In this document: positions 28,671 through 38,340 of the stretch, in pieces | Numbering within the stretch: position 1 is the first letter of the stretch | Layout of the letters: every line of letters begins with the position of its first letter | Assembly: GCA_038206875.1 (NCBI GenBank) | Contig: JBBRAK010000003.1 | Location: forward strand, 24,034-88,033 | Source: Candidatus Saccharimonadales bacterium | Lineage (GTDB): Bacteria; Patescibacteriota; Saccharimonadia; Saccharimonadales; JBBQAJ01 | Direction: 5' to 3' | DNA length: 64,000 bases | Position numbers and translations under genes: made by a program | Notes under the pieces: generated by a model | The model's database searches: none | Seen by the model: the letters and a program-made list of their open reading frames with translations, nothing else | What the model was told of the DNA's origin: nothing

Positions 28671-29963
28671 TTACTTATTCTGTTTATTTAACAGCCCTCG
28701 GGCAACTTTACGTTCATCCCAGGGGATGTTTTTGCCACCCATGTTTCGGCTGTCTTGGTGGCCTATGCCTGTAAGGATAACCAAGTCGCCTTTTTTGGCC
28801 TCTGAAAAAGCTGTTTTTATGGCTTCTTTTCGGTCGGCGATTTCTTTTGTTTTGGCTACGCCTTTGGACTGTTTGATGCCATCAAACACAGCTTGTCGGA
28901 TTGATTCTGGATTCTCGCTGTAGGTTTCGTCGTCTGTTAGGTATATTCTGTCGGCGAGTTTTGCTGCAACTGCTCCCATGAGTGGCCTTTTACTTTTGTC
29001 TCTGTCGCCAGTAGCACCAAAAACCACGCTGACTTTACCTGTAACCGCCTGTTTGCCTGCTTCTAACACTTTGGACAGCGCGTCCGGAGTGACTGCGTAA
29101 TCTACCCACACTGCAAAAGGCTGTCCGGCGTCAATTTTTTCCATCCTGCCGGGAATTTGCGAAACGCTTGCCAGTCCTTTGGCTATTTTTGACTGTTCCA
29201 CCCCCAAAAGTAACCCGACCGCAGCTGCGGCGCTGGCATTGTATACGTTAAATAGACCGGCAAGCTGTATATGGAGGTCAAGCGGGTGTTCACCGTTAAG
29301 TAGCATCCAACTCATACCGCCTTTTTCGTTTTTAACATCCTTGATCCGTTCCGTGCTATCAGGTCCTCGGCCATAACTTACTACTTGCCCAACAGACTGT
29401 AGATTGAAGTAGTCATACCTATCGTCATCGGCATTCAGCACACAGAATGAAGGTTTCATGTAATTGTTGAACAATCTTGCTTTTGCAGAAGCATAATTTG
29501 CCATTGTTCGGTGATAATCCAGGTGATCTTGTGTCAGATTGGTCATGACAGCAATTTCTATTGGGACACCGGAAAGTTTGTGTTGGTGCAAGGCTTGACT
29601 AGTAGCTTCGAGTACAACAAAATCGGCTTTGGACTTTTTGGCTTCCCGAAGAAACCTCAGTAACTGCTCTGTTGGCGGTAGTGTTAAGTGAGTTTTGTTT
29701 GGCTTGGATTTACCACTTATCTCTATTGTCGCTGTACTATAGAGGGCTGTTTTGTACCCTGCAGATTTGAGCAATTCGTTTATAAATATACAAGTGGATG
29801 TTTTGCCATTTGTCCCTGTTACTGCGATTATTCTTAGCCCTTTTGCCGGGAAACCGTATCTTGCTTGCAGGCTGTAAATTCTGCCTTTTCGGTAGCTTTC
29901 TTCGGCCAGAAAAATACCTTTTTCCGGAAAAACTTTTCGGACAAGTTTCTTAGGATTGACCAT
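28671..29963 (-). CDS. murE: Mur ligase family protein (MurE-like UDP-MurNAc-tripeptide synthetase)
   Basis: The ATP-binding loop is IIAVTGTNGKTST. Mur ligase central and C-terminal domains are present (DYAVTPDAL, LTDDETYSENPESI). I start it at ATG 29963 (MVNPKKL). The ORF-track extension to 30458 is antisense to tsaD and low-complexity. Confidence 0.75.
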   Translation of the reverse strand: MVNPKKLVRKVFPEKGIFLAEESYRKGRIYSLQARYGFPAKGLRIIAVTGTNGKTSTCIFINELLKSAGYKTALYSTATIEISGKSKPNKTHLTLPPTEQLLRFLREAKKSKADFVVLEATSQALHQHKLSGVPIEIAVMTNLTQDHLDYHRTMANYASAKARLFNNYMKPSFCVLNADDDRYDYFNLQSVGQVVSYGRGPDSTERIKDVKNEKGGMSWMLLNGEHPLDLHIQLAGLFNVYNASAAAAVGLLLGVEQSKIAKGLASVSQIPGRMEKIDAGQPFAVWVDYAVTPDALSKVLEAGKQAVTGKVSVVFGATGDRDKSKRPLMGAVAAKLADRIYLTDDETYSENPESIRQAVFDGIKQSKGVAKTKEIADRKEAIKTAFSEAKKGDLVILTGIGHQDSRNMGGKNIPWDERKVARGLLNKQNK

Positions 29964-30126
29964 AGCTACTAGTATACTGGACCTACACAAAATCACCCTT
30001 TCCAAGGTTAAATCAGCTCGAGTTGGGAGTGGTATGTCTGAAGGATAGGTACCTGTTGGTACATCGAGAGAAGACAGACTGCTACCAGCCGAGATTATTT
30101 GACCTGGGGATGGGGGAGGTTTGGGT

Positions 30127-31218
30127 ATGTCCAGTATACTTGTAATCGTGATAATTTTGGGAATAGAAACTAGCTGTGATGAAACTGCTTGTGGAATTGT
30201 GCAGGATGGCAAGATTTTGCTCGCAAATGCTGTGCTTTCGAGCATGGATATACACTCTGTATACGGAGGAGTTGTGCCAGAGATTGCCGCTAGGAGCCAC
30301 ATAGAATCAATCACACCGGTCATCGAACAAGCCTTTGAGCAAGCCAACTGCACCTGGGATGACGTAGATGGAATTGCTGTGACGTACGGAGCCGGACTGG
30401 GTGGTTGCCTGCTGGTAGGAGTTATGACTGCTCGAACCCTGGCAATTGTCAAAAACAAACCGCTGTACTCCGTAAATCACGTCGAAGCACATGCCTACGC
30501 CAATTTTATAACCGAGTCATCCCCATCCCTGTCCTCATTTTACAGCCTTCCGTCTACTCAGCCCGAATTTCCAATGCTGGGATTGATTGTCTCTGGTGGA
30601 CATTCGCAATTGGTACTTTGGAAGGACCATTTTGACTACAAGCTTCTTGGGCAAACACAAGACGACGCTATAGGTGAAGCATTTGATAAGGTAGCCAAAA
30701 TTTTGGGCCTTCCCTACCCCGGTGGCCCGAGCATCACCAAAGTTGCCAAAAATGGTGATTCAAATGCATATAAATTCCCCAAAGCCAAGATGCTTGGCAA
30801 ATATGACTATAGTTTTTCTGGCCCCAAAACAGCAGTTTTAAGAGCCTCACAGAAACTAATAGGTGAAGGCCACGACTTCCCTAGCCACAAGCTGTCAGAA
30901 CGACTCACGGATGCACAAAAAGCCGATATTGCTGCCAGTTTCCAACGGATGGCCGTAGAAACAGTTGTAGATAAAACAGTTCTAGCTTACGGAGAGTTTA
31001 AACCTAAAAGCGTAGCTATAGGGGGCGGAGTAGCCTCCAATTCTGAGCTTCGCCGTCAATTAGCAGACAGAATTCCTATAAATATTCAATATCCCGACCC
31101 CAAGCTATGCACAGATAACGGCGCCATGATTGCTACTTTGGGATGCTACCAAACCATGAATCACCAACCAAAATCAGACCCCTACTCTCTTGAAATCGAC
31201 CCAAACTTAAGTATGTAA
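30127..31218 (+). CDS. tsaD: tRNA N6-adenosine threonylcarbamoyltransferase
   Basis: Motifs are ILGIETSCDETACGIV, NHVEAHAY, SGGHSQL and the C-terminal DNGAMIA. The ATG at 30127 follows GGGGGAGG. Confidence 0.92.
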   Translation: MSSILVIVIILGIETSCDETACGIVQDGKILLANAVLSSMDIHSVYGGVVPEIAARSHIESITPVIEQAFEQANCTWDDVDGIAVTYGAGLGGCLLVGVMTARTLAIVKNKPLYSVNHVEAHAYANFITESSPSLSSFYSLPSTQPEFPMLGLIVSGGHSQLVLWKDHFDYKLLGQTQDDAIGEAFDKVAKILGLPYPGGPSITKVAKNGDSNAYKFPKAKMLGKYDYSFSGPKTAVLRASQKLIGEGHDFPSHKLSERLTDAQKADIAASFQRMAVETVVDKTVLAYGEFKPKSVAIGGGVASNSELRRQLADRIPINIQYPDPKLCTDNGAMIATLGCYQTMNHQPKSDPYSLEIDPNLSM

Positions 31219-31398
31219 TACTTGACAATTTATAATACTTATGTTGTGTGTTTCACGTGAAATTACCGCCTGTTTGTAGATAGATAACAGAGGTGGTATC
31301 ATGTACTTTATGCAGTTACCTAAGGTGTATGAACCAGGGAAGCCCTTCGACTTACGCTCAGGGTTGATTTCTAAAGACTGTACTCTACAGGAAGTATC

Positions 31399-34050
31399 AT
31401 GAATTTACCCAAAATTTACGAACCAAATCAGTACGAAAAAGACATTTATGACCTCTGGGACAAAAGTGGTGCATTTTTAGCACATCCTGAAAAAAAGGCT
31501 GAAAAATTTAGTATTGCTATGCCTCCACCGAATGAAACAGGCACGCTTAGTCTAGGCCACGCCATGTACACACTCCAAGATATAATGGCCAGATATCAAA
31601 GACTACAGGGGAAAGACGTGCTTTGGTTACCAGGAACGGATCATGCAGCACTCCCGGTAAACGCTCTGATAGAAAATCAGCTTACCCAAGAGGGTACAAA
31701 CAAACATGAAATTGGCAGGGAAGAGTTCATTCGTCGAACCAAGGAGTTTGTCAGCAACAGCCGTGACACGATGGTTACTCAGATGCGTGCAATGGGATTC
31801 AGCGCCGACTGGTCCAGACAAAGATACACACTCGATGACGCACTAAACAGATGTGTAAATGAAACATTCACCAAAATGTACAATGATGGGCTAATTTACA
31901 GAGGTCACAGAATTGTGAACTGGGACCCTAAGCTGGAAACTACTGTATCAGATGATGAAGTGGTGCGCGTAGAAGAAAAAGCTAAATTTTATACATTTCA
32001 GTATGGACCATTTCAAATAGGTACCGCTCGACCTGAAACCAAGTTTGGTGACAAGTACGTTGTAATGCATCCTGAAGATAAGCGCTACGCCAAATACAAA
32101 CATGGCGACACATTTGAAGCAGAATGGATAAACGGCAAAGTTACAGCGACGGTTATCAAGGATGAAGCAGTAGACCCCGACTTTGGCACAGGAGTTATGA
32201 CAATAACTCCTTGGCATGACCACACCGACTTCGAAATAGCCGAACGACACCGTCTGGATAAAGAACAAATAATAGATTTTCACGGGAAATTATTAGAAAT
32301 AGCAGATGAGTTTGCTGGACAAGAAATCTCTCAGGCTCGCCCAAAGATAGTTGAAAAACTGAAGTCCAAAGGATTACTAATCGGGATTGATGAGAACTAC
32401 ACACACAATGTAGCCGTTAACGACCGAGGGAAGGGAATTATTGAGCCTCAAATAAAGTTGCAATGGTTCGTAGATGTAAACAAACAGGTCGTGAACTGGA
32501 AAGGCAAAAAAAGTAGCTTAAAACAAGTTATGCAGGCAGTCATCAGGGAAGGGGATGTGCAGATTTTGCCAGCAAGGTTTGAAAAAGTTTACTTTCACTG
32601 GATAGATAATTTGCGTGACTGGTGCATTAGCCGACAAATCTGGTGGGGCCACCGCATTCCTGTATGGTACCGCACTAACGCTGAAGACGAAATCGAGACT
32701 TATGTAGGCGTGCAGGCACCAAATGACGATGGTACTGAGGGCTGGCATGCCTGGGAACAAGACCCCGACACACTGGACACCTGGTTTAGCTCAGCCTTAT
32801 GGACTTGGAGCACACTAGTTGATCAGGATTTGGCAGGTGATTACTCGCTGAGTCTAGAAGACTTATTAGCTAAGAGCAAAGATTTTCAAGCGTATCATCC
32901 TACAAGTGTTATGGAGTCAGGTTGGGATATATTGTTTTTCTGGATAGCTAGAATGATACTTGCAACAACCTACGTAACAGGTCAAGTGCCATTTAAAACT
33001 GTTTATTTGCATGGAATGGTTAGAGCAGAGGACGGCAAAAAAATGAGCAAAAGCCGTCCGGCATCAATAGTGAATCCTTTGGAAATTTTGGAGCAATACG
33101 GAACAGATGCTCTGCGAATGGGGCTGATTATGGGTGTTGCGCCAGGTCAGGATATGAACTGGAGCAGGGGACGAATAGAAGCCGGTAGAAATTTCTGCAA
33201 CAAACTTTGGAACATAGCTCGGTTTATAGAAGACAAAGTAGGTGTCAAGTATACCGAAAAACAAACCCCCATCCCACAATCAATTGCCGATCACTGGCTG
33301 TTGAGTAATTTACAACGTACCGTGAATACTGTAGCATCGGATTTGGATAACTTCAAATTCAGTGAAGCCTATGACAAAGTTTATCATTTCGTATGGGATG
33401 ATTTTGCTGATTGGTATATAGAAGCCAGCAAAACGGAGGTAAACAACGGATTATTGGCATACGGTCTGGAGACGATTCTCAAGCTAGCGCATCCATTTGC
33501 ACCATTTGTAACAGAAACAATCTACCAAACACTTAACTGGCAAACAGGTGACAAAGATTCTCTTCATCTGTTGATTTCAAGTGACTGGCCCTCTGTTGGG
33601 AAGTCAGACAGCAAACAATCCAAGGAGTTCGAGGACATAAAATCTATCGTAACCGAAATTCGCTACATCTCAGCCAGCACCAAGACTTCAAAACCACGTC
33701 TTTTACACAAAAATGACGAATTTATAGCAAAACACGCTTCTCTCATCAAAAAGCTGTCAGGAGTATCAGAAATCGCTGTAGCGAGCGAAGAAAGTGGCCT
33801 ACGACTTACACAAACCAACCACAAGTGCTGGCTGGAACTTGATAGCGACCATATTGCAACATTTACAAAAAGGTTGCTTACTGACCTAGCACAGACTAAA
33901 GCGTCCGTGAAAAACCTAGAAAGTCGACTCAGCAACAAAGCGTACGTAGATAACGCGCCGGATGACCTTGTGTCTGAAACCAAAAATCAGCTAGATAGCA
34001 CAAAACAACTTCTAGACAAGCAACTCATGCTGTACGAACGGTTTAAGTAG
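31399..34050 (+). CDS. valS: valine--tRNA ligase
   Basis: 883 aa. It has the HIGH-type PPPNETGTLSLGHA, the KMSKS loop (GKKMSKS), an editing-domain insertion and a C-terminal coiled coil. Confidence 0.95.
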   Translation: MNLPKIYEPNQYEKDIYDLWDKSGAFLAHPEKKAEKFSIAMPPPNETGTLSLGHAMYTLQDIMARYQRLQGKDVLWLPGTDHAALPVNALIENQLTQEGTNKHEIGREEFIRRTKEFVSNSRDTMVTQMRAMGFSADWSRQRYTLDDALNRCVNETFTKMYNDGLIYRGHRIVNWDPKLETTVSDDEVVRVEEKAKFYTFQYGPFQIGTARPETKFGDKYVVMHPEDKRYAKYKHGDTFEAEWINGKVTATVIKDEAVDPDFGTGVMTITPWHDHTDFEIAERHRLDKEQIIDFHGKLLEIADEFAGQEISQARPKIVEKLKSKGLLIGIDENYTHNVAVNDRGKGIIEPQIKLQWFVDVNKQVVNWKGKKSSLKQVMQAVIREGDVQILPARFEKVYFHWIDNLRDWCISRQIWWGHRIPVWYRTNAEDEIETYVGVQAPNDDGTEGWHAWEQDPDTLDTWFSSALWTWSTLVDQDLAGDYSLSLEDLLAKSKDFQAYHPTSVMESGWDILFFWIARMILATTYVTGQVPFKTVYLHGMVRAEDGKKMSKSRPASIVNPLEILEQYGTDALRMGLIMGVAPGQDMNWSRGRIEAGRNFCNKLWNIARFIEDKVGVKYTEKQTPIPQSIADHWLLSNLQRTVNTVASDLDNFKFSEAYDKVYHFVWDDFADWYIEASKTEVNNGLLAYGLETILKLAHPFAPFVTETIYQTLNWQTGDKDSLHLLISSDWPSVGKSDSKQSKEFEDIKSIVTEIRYISASTKTSKPRLLHKNDEFIAKHASLIKKLSGVSEIAVASEESGLRLTQTNHKCWLELDSDHIATFTKRLLTDLAQTKASVKNLESRLSNKAYVDNAPDDLVSETKNQLDSTKQLLDKQLMLYERFK

Positions 34051-34897
34051 ATATGTCTACTTCTAGGGCGTTTTTGATTCGAGTAACGGATTCTTCTGGG
34101 CGATAGTCGTCAAACCATAGAACATGCCAACCAAACTTTTCGGCAGCCATGATGTTAGCTCGAGAATCGTCCACTAACAAAATTTCACTAGGTTCACAGT
34201 TGGTGAAACTTTGTGCCTCCTTGTATATTTGAGGTTCTGGTTTGATACTTCCAACTTTGGAGGAATCAATAATTGAGGCGTATTTTACATTTGGAAGAAG
34301 TTTTTCAGAAAACATTGCATCTATAAAGCCCGGCATAATATTGCTTAGTAGGCCCACGTTGTAGTACTTAGCGGCCCACTCTACTAGCTCGTGCATTTCA
34401 TGAATTGGGTCGACGGCAGCTAGATAATACTTCTTCCAATCCAGTTCACTCATGCGTAACTGTTTTGACATAGCTTGGTTAAAATCTGCGACTGGCATCT
34501 CTCCTCGACAAACAGCATCATTGTAGTGCCAAAAAGTAGTTTCTATTATGTCCGCCGATGCACCCGTATCGGCGGCAAGTTCTGTGAATGCTCGATGAAA
34601 AAACCGAACCAAACAGCCATTTATGTCAAAATAGACAAAGCGAATACCCGACTTGGACTGATGTTTTTTGACTGCTGATGCAACTGGAGCTAAGTCTCCC
34701 ATGAGTTCATTCAAAGAAATTCCTAGTGCTGACGCGATTGACCCAATCGTAAAGATTGATGGGGCTTTTATGGCACCGCGCTCTATTTTTGCCAACGTCG
34801 AATAGCTGAGCTCTGCTCGGTGGCAAAGTTCTTGCTGAGTTAGCCCGGCTTTTTTGCGGGCAGCTTGTAACTGCTTGCCTAGTCCCACCTCATCCAT
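34043..34897 (-). CDS. XRE-family HTH domain fused to a HAD-like hydrolase domain
   Basis: The N-terminal HTH_XRE is LGKQLQAARKKAGLTQQELCHRAELSYSTLAKIERG. The C-terminal HAD-like part has VYFDINGCLV, LLSN and LLVDDSRANI. Confidence 0.7.
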   Translation of the reverse strand: MDEVGLGKQLQAARKKAGLTQQELCHRAELSYSTLAKIERGAIKAPSIFTIGSIASALGISLNELMGDLAPVASAVKKHQSKSGIRFVYFDINGCLVRFFHRAFTELAADTGASADIIETTFWHYNDAVCRGEMPVADFNQAMSKQLRMSELDWKKYYLAAVDPIHEMHELVEWAAKYYNVGLLSNIMPGFIDAMFSEKLLPNVKYASIIDSSKVGSIKPEPQIYKEAQSFTNCEPSEILLVDDSRANIMAAEKFGWHVLWFDDYRPEESVTRIKNALEVDIST

Positions 34898-34959
34898 AGT
34901 TAGTACTAGAGTACTAGTTTTAGTAGTAAAAAACTAGTATCAAATGGCTAGTTCTTGGG

Positions 34960-35130
34960 TTAGATGAAACTCAAGATGATAGAAACAAGCGCCAAAGCAC
35001 CTAGTCCAGCAAATCCCGCGACAACCAAAGAATTTTTGGTGTTACTTCCGGATGATTTCATCATTTTGCTATACACCCAAGCAGCGAAGCCCAATCCCAT
35101 CAAAAGTCCAATCATAAAGTTTGAAAACAT
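34960..35130 (-). CDS. small two-helix membrane protein (56 aa), hypothetical
   Basis: Below the ORF-track length cutoff. My translation is MFSNFMIGLLMGLGFAAWVYSKMMKSSGSNTKNSLVVAGFAGLGALALVSIILSFI*. It starts 9 nt after the HIT gene stop on the same strand. Confidence 0.4.
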   Translation of the reverse strand: MFSNFMIGLLMGLGFAAWVYSKMMKSSGSNTKNSLVVAGFAGLGALALVSIILSFI

Positions 35131-35139
35131 AGTATAAGT

Positions 35140-35535
35140 CTACTTGAACGACAGTTTTTTTGCTACGTCAGCCAGAGAATCGTTGTTTGCTACGACATCA
35201 GCATCCGGAATTGTACGAAAATCATCTATTGTATCAAAAGGAAAAACGTGGACATGGGCATGAGGCACTTCTTCGCCAACGATTTGTTCGCCCACATACT
35301 TTCGGCCCAAAACCTCTCGAATACGCAACGCAACTTTTTTTACAGTAGCCATCAGGGCTTGATAATCTTCATCTTCTAAATCCCATACAAATTCAACCTG
35401 TTTTTTTGGAACTACAAGCGTATGACCGGATTGTTTTGGATGAATATCTAAAAACGCTATAGTTTTTTCGTCCTCGTATATCTTGTGGCAGGGAATTTCA
35501 CCCTTAATAATTTTGGTAAAAATCGAATCTTCCAT
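35140..35535 (-). CDS. HIT-family (histidine triad) nucleotide hydrolase
   Basis: The histidine triad is HAHVHVFP. The N-terminus IFTKIIKGEIPCHKIYEDE is typical of HinT-like proteins. Confidence 0.88.
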   Translation of the reverse strand: MEDSIFTKIIKGEIPCHKIYEDEKTIAFLDIHPKQSGHTLVVPKKQVEFVWDLEDEDYQALMATVKKVALRIREVLGRKYVGEQIVGEEVPHAHVHVFPFDTIDDFRTIPDADVVANNDSLADVAKKLSFK

Positions 35536-35590
35536 GCTTCTATTGTATCGCGTGTTGTAAAATAGCTGATTTTAGTTTTAATATAGCTTT

Positions 35591-37171
35591 TTGATTGAGA
35601 TACTAGTCACCATGGCTATTGAGGACTTCCCAAACTGTAATCCGGTATTACGAGCTGTGGAGAAACCCGCCGAACAAAGTCCAACTCTTCGTGGTCGTAT
35701 TGGCCGTTTAGTTGGCGGGTTGGCTTTGGCCGGTGCAACGGGAGTTGCAGTTTTTGGTGTAGGCGTAATGGCTTTTGTACCAGCACATACACACGTTGGA
35801 CCACACGAAGCTGACGCCTACCTCACAACAGATAGCGTAGGGTCACTAGATACAGGTTTTTTGGGTTCACTTAACGAACCAGTGCAACTTGGTGGCTTCG
35901 GTGTGCGTGTTGATGTCCGTGGTGTGCAAAACGAAGGTACGGGCGCGGAGGAGCTGGTGTCCCAACAAAACATTAATAAATACATCCAGCTACTCTCAGA
36001 CCCTGAACGAGATCAGGCACAAGTCCGAAGCGCGCTAATAGATCACTTCGCAACAGGAACAGCCCCAGCGGGTGCTCTAGTGGGAATGGGTATATTTGGC
36101 TCTTTTTATGTCGCTATGGGGCCGGATTCACGCCGACGACGCGCAGAACAGATGAAGAACGGCTCTACGAAGTGGGTTGCTTTGGGGTTGTTAGCGACAA
36201 CAGCGACTGGGGTTGTTGGAGGTATATCTCAGATGCATCAAGCAGAACATAGAAGAGGCAACCTGGGCGCGGCCTTCAATGGCACAGGACTTCAAGACGT
36301 CTACGCTGAGGGTAGCGAACTTCAATATATCATCCGCACATATGGAACGTATCTTGCCGAAGGCGAAAAATTTGAGCAAACTGTAAAATCCAAATTGAAA
36401 CTTGCCAACGAACAAACACCTCTACTTAGTCCGACAGCAATGACAAGAACTGTTTTATTCGAAGAGGGCATGAAGTGCAACAACGTGGTTGCTATGAACA
36501 CTGCCGCAATCTACGACACCGCAAAACCGAGCCTGTTTATAAGTGCAGGAGATATGGCTGGCACAGGTACGCCTCTTGATAATCAGTGTATCGAAACTCT
36601 TGCCTTTCGAATAAAAGGGGGTAAGCTTGTATCTCCTGGCAATCACGACAGCGATAAAGCAATACAAAGCATGGATGAAAATGGTTTCAAAATATTGGAT
36701 GGCAAAATAGTTGAAGAAGCCGGGTTGCGAGTGCTGGGAGTGATTAACCCTGGAGAGAGTATCCCCCTGGCAGGCAAGAGACCCCGGGCAGGTGTGTCAG
36801 CAGAGACTACAACATCACTAGGCGACAAGATTGCAACAGTTGCCTGTAATGACGAACAGGGTGTCGACATACTTATAGCCAACGAACCTCAAGTGGTTTC
36901 CAGCGCGTACAAATCTGGTTGCGCTAAGCTGGTAGTGTCGGCTGTACGCGGGGAGCATAAGATTAACACAGAAAAGCCGTCGGTCATGCTGGCAAGCTCA
37001 AGTGGTGCAGATGATGGAGAAATCAACCTGGGTCCGCCACATTCGAGTGGCGAGTGGACGGTAGTTGAGTTTGATAAAGAAACACATCAGCCACGCAGGT
37101 ATCAGATTGTCCGCATCGAACCTGACGGTAGCGTGCTTGTTGGTTCGCCCGAGCTTTTCAAAACTGGATGA
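35591..37171 (+). CDS. membrane-bound metallophosphoesterase-like protein
   Basis: Three N-terminal hydrophobic helices precede a C-terminal region with calcineurin-like motifs (SAGDMAG, SPGNHDS). The start is uncertain: TTG at 35591 or ATG at 35612. Confidence 0.5.
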   Translation: MIEILVTMAIEDFPNCNPVLRAVEKPAEQSPTLRGRIGRLVGGLALAGATGVAVFGVGVMAFVPAHTHVGPHEADAYLTTDSVGSLDTGFLGSLNEPVQLGGFGVRVDVRGVQNEGTGAEELVSQQNINKYIQLLSDPERDQAQVRSALIDHFATGTAPAGALVGMGIFGSFYVAMGPDSRRRRAEQMKNGSTKWVALGLLATTATGVVGGISQMHQAEHRRGNLGAAFNGTGLQDVYAEGSELQYIIRTYGTYLAEGEKFEQTVKSKLKLANEQTPLLSPTAMTRTVLFEEGMKCNNVVAMNTAAIYDTAKPSLFISAGDMAGTGTPLDNQCIETLAFRIKGGKLVSPGNHDSDKAIQSMDENGFKILDGKIVEEAGLRVLGVINPGESIPLAGKRPRAGVSAETTTSLGDKIATVACNDEQGVDILIANEPQVVSSAYKSGCAKLVVSAVRGEHKINTEKPSVMLASSSGADDGEINLGPPHSSGEWTVVEFDKETHQPRRYQIVRIEPDGSVLVGSPELFKTG

Positions 37172-37199
37172 AATAACTAGTTAGCCGTACAATACGTTT

Positions 37200-38300
37200 G
37201 TGCGTATATTAAAAAGTATTTTTAGGGGTCTTTGTTCGTATTTGTTTAAAATATGTGTGCTTTTTTTGGCGATATCCACAGCAACCGTAGCAGTATTTGG
37301 AACTTCGGCCGGCTTAAAAAGCAACATAAAATCTAGTGGTATATACGAAAAAGCTGTCGACGGGGTAGTTAGTCAACTCAAAAAAGACCAAGACAAAAAA
37401 TCTAACAGTGCCTCCGAATCCAAAAAAGACGAAGTTAACATTATAGATCCAGCCGTACAAGAAGTTATCAAAAATGCGTTTCCAGCAAGTTTTCTTGAAT
37501 CATCATCTAACAGTGTAATTGACGGATTTTTTGGTTGGCTTAAAGGAAGCACCGAAACTCCACAATTTACAATTGACCTTGCCGAGTCAAAAAAACAGCT
37601 AGCATTTGGAATAAGTGAAGTAGCTTATCAAAAAGCACTTGCACTGCCAGTTTGTACTGTCGCCCAACTACGGACGCTCAACCCAAACAATATAGACATC
37701 AACAACCTACCGTGCCGACCTCCAGGCGTAGATTTGGCGTCAGAGCGAAATAAATTCAGAGAATCTGTAGCAAATAGCAAAGAATTTCTATCAGACACTA
37801 CTATTACTAACGAAGATTTGTTCAAAAGTGATGACAAAAACGGTTTCGACCAAGCGGGCAATGTACCAAGCGCGTATCAATTGCTAGTAAAATTGCCCTA
37901 TATACTTGGGGCTTTGGGCATACTAACTGGACTTGGTGTGGTGTTTTTGCATGACGAACGCAGACGTGGATTGTTAATCGTTAGTCGTACGGTGCTTATA
38001 ACTGGAATAGTGTTATTGGCAGGAGTGGCTGTTTCGAACTATATAATAAATAGCGACTCTATAATTAAATTTGTTAACGGTAGTGAATTTGAAAAAACCG
38101 CTCGTACTTTGGCTAGCTTACTATTGGGTGATTTTAACGGGGTTCTACTGATGTTCTGCATACCATACATGGCAGTTGGGGGCGGGGGAATGCTAGCACT
38201 ACGCCTAACCCGCCCGAAACCCCCCGAAAAAGAAGAAACTGATAATCCAAAAGAACCCTCAACATCAACTGAGCCCAAAAAAGACACAAAAACTCAATAA
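37200..38300 (+). CDS. hypothetical multi-pass membrane protein
   Basis: It has an N-terminal TM helix, a roughly 200-aa extracytoplasmic region, three or four C-terminal TM helices and a K/E/P-rich tail. Confidence 0.5.
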   Translation: MRILKSIFRGLCSYLFKICVLFLAISTATVAVFGTSAGLKSNIKSSGIYEKAVDGVVSQLKKDQDKKSNSASESKKDEVNIIDPAVQEVIKNAFPASFLESSSNSVIDGFFGWLKGSTETPQFTIDLAESKKQLAFGISEVAYQKALALPVCTVAQLRTLNPNNIDINNLPCRPPGVDLASERNKFRESVANSKEFLSDTTITNEDLFKSDDKNGFDQAGNVPSAYQLLVKLPYILGALGILTGLGVVFLHDERRRGLLIVSRTVLITGIVLLAGVAVSNYIINSDSIIKFVNGSEFEKTARTLASLLLGDFNGVLLMFCIPYMAVGGGGMLALRLTRPKPPEKEETDNPKEPSTSTEPKKDTKTQ

Positions 38301-38305
38301 AAGAA

Positions 38306-38334
38306 TTGCTTATTTTAAATACTTATGCTATAAT
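38306..38334 (+). promoter_or_regulatory. sigma-70-type promoter; predicted leaderless transcript for the 38341 gene
   Basis: TTGCTT - 17 nt - TATAAT, with the -10 box ending 6 nt before the ATG at 38341. No SD is present. Confidence 0.5.
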
Positions 38335-38340
38335 ATATTC

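Noticed and set aside
29964-30458. 165-aa N-terminal extension of the Mur ligase ORF (ORF-track start 30458)
   Set aside because: The extension overlaps the tsaD 5' end on the opposite strand, is Pro/Ser-rich and adds nothing resembling a Mur ligase N-domain. The ATG at 29963 gives a sensible start.
31280-31300. Possible T-box riboswitch upstream of valS (GGTGGTA resembles the T-box core)
   Set aside because: The match is only 7 nt and overlaps the uORF SD. I could not find a Stem I, a specifier loop with a Val codon or an antiterminator/terminator pair, and the leader is too short for a canonical T-box.
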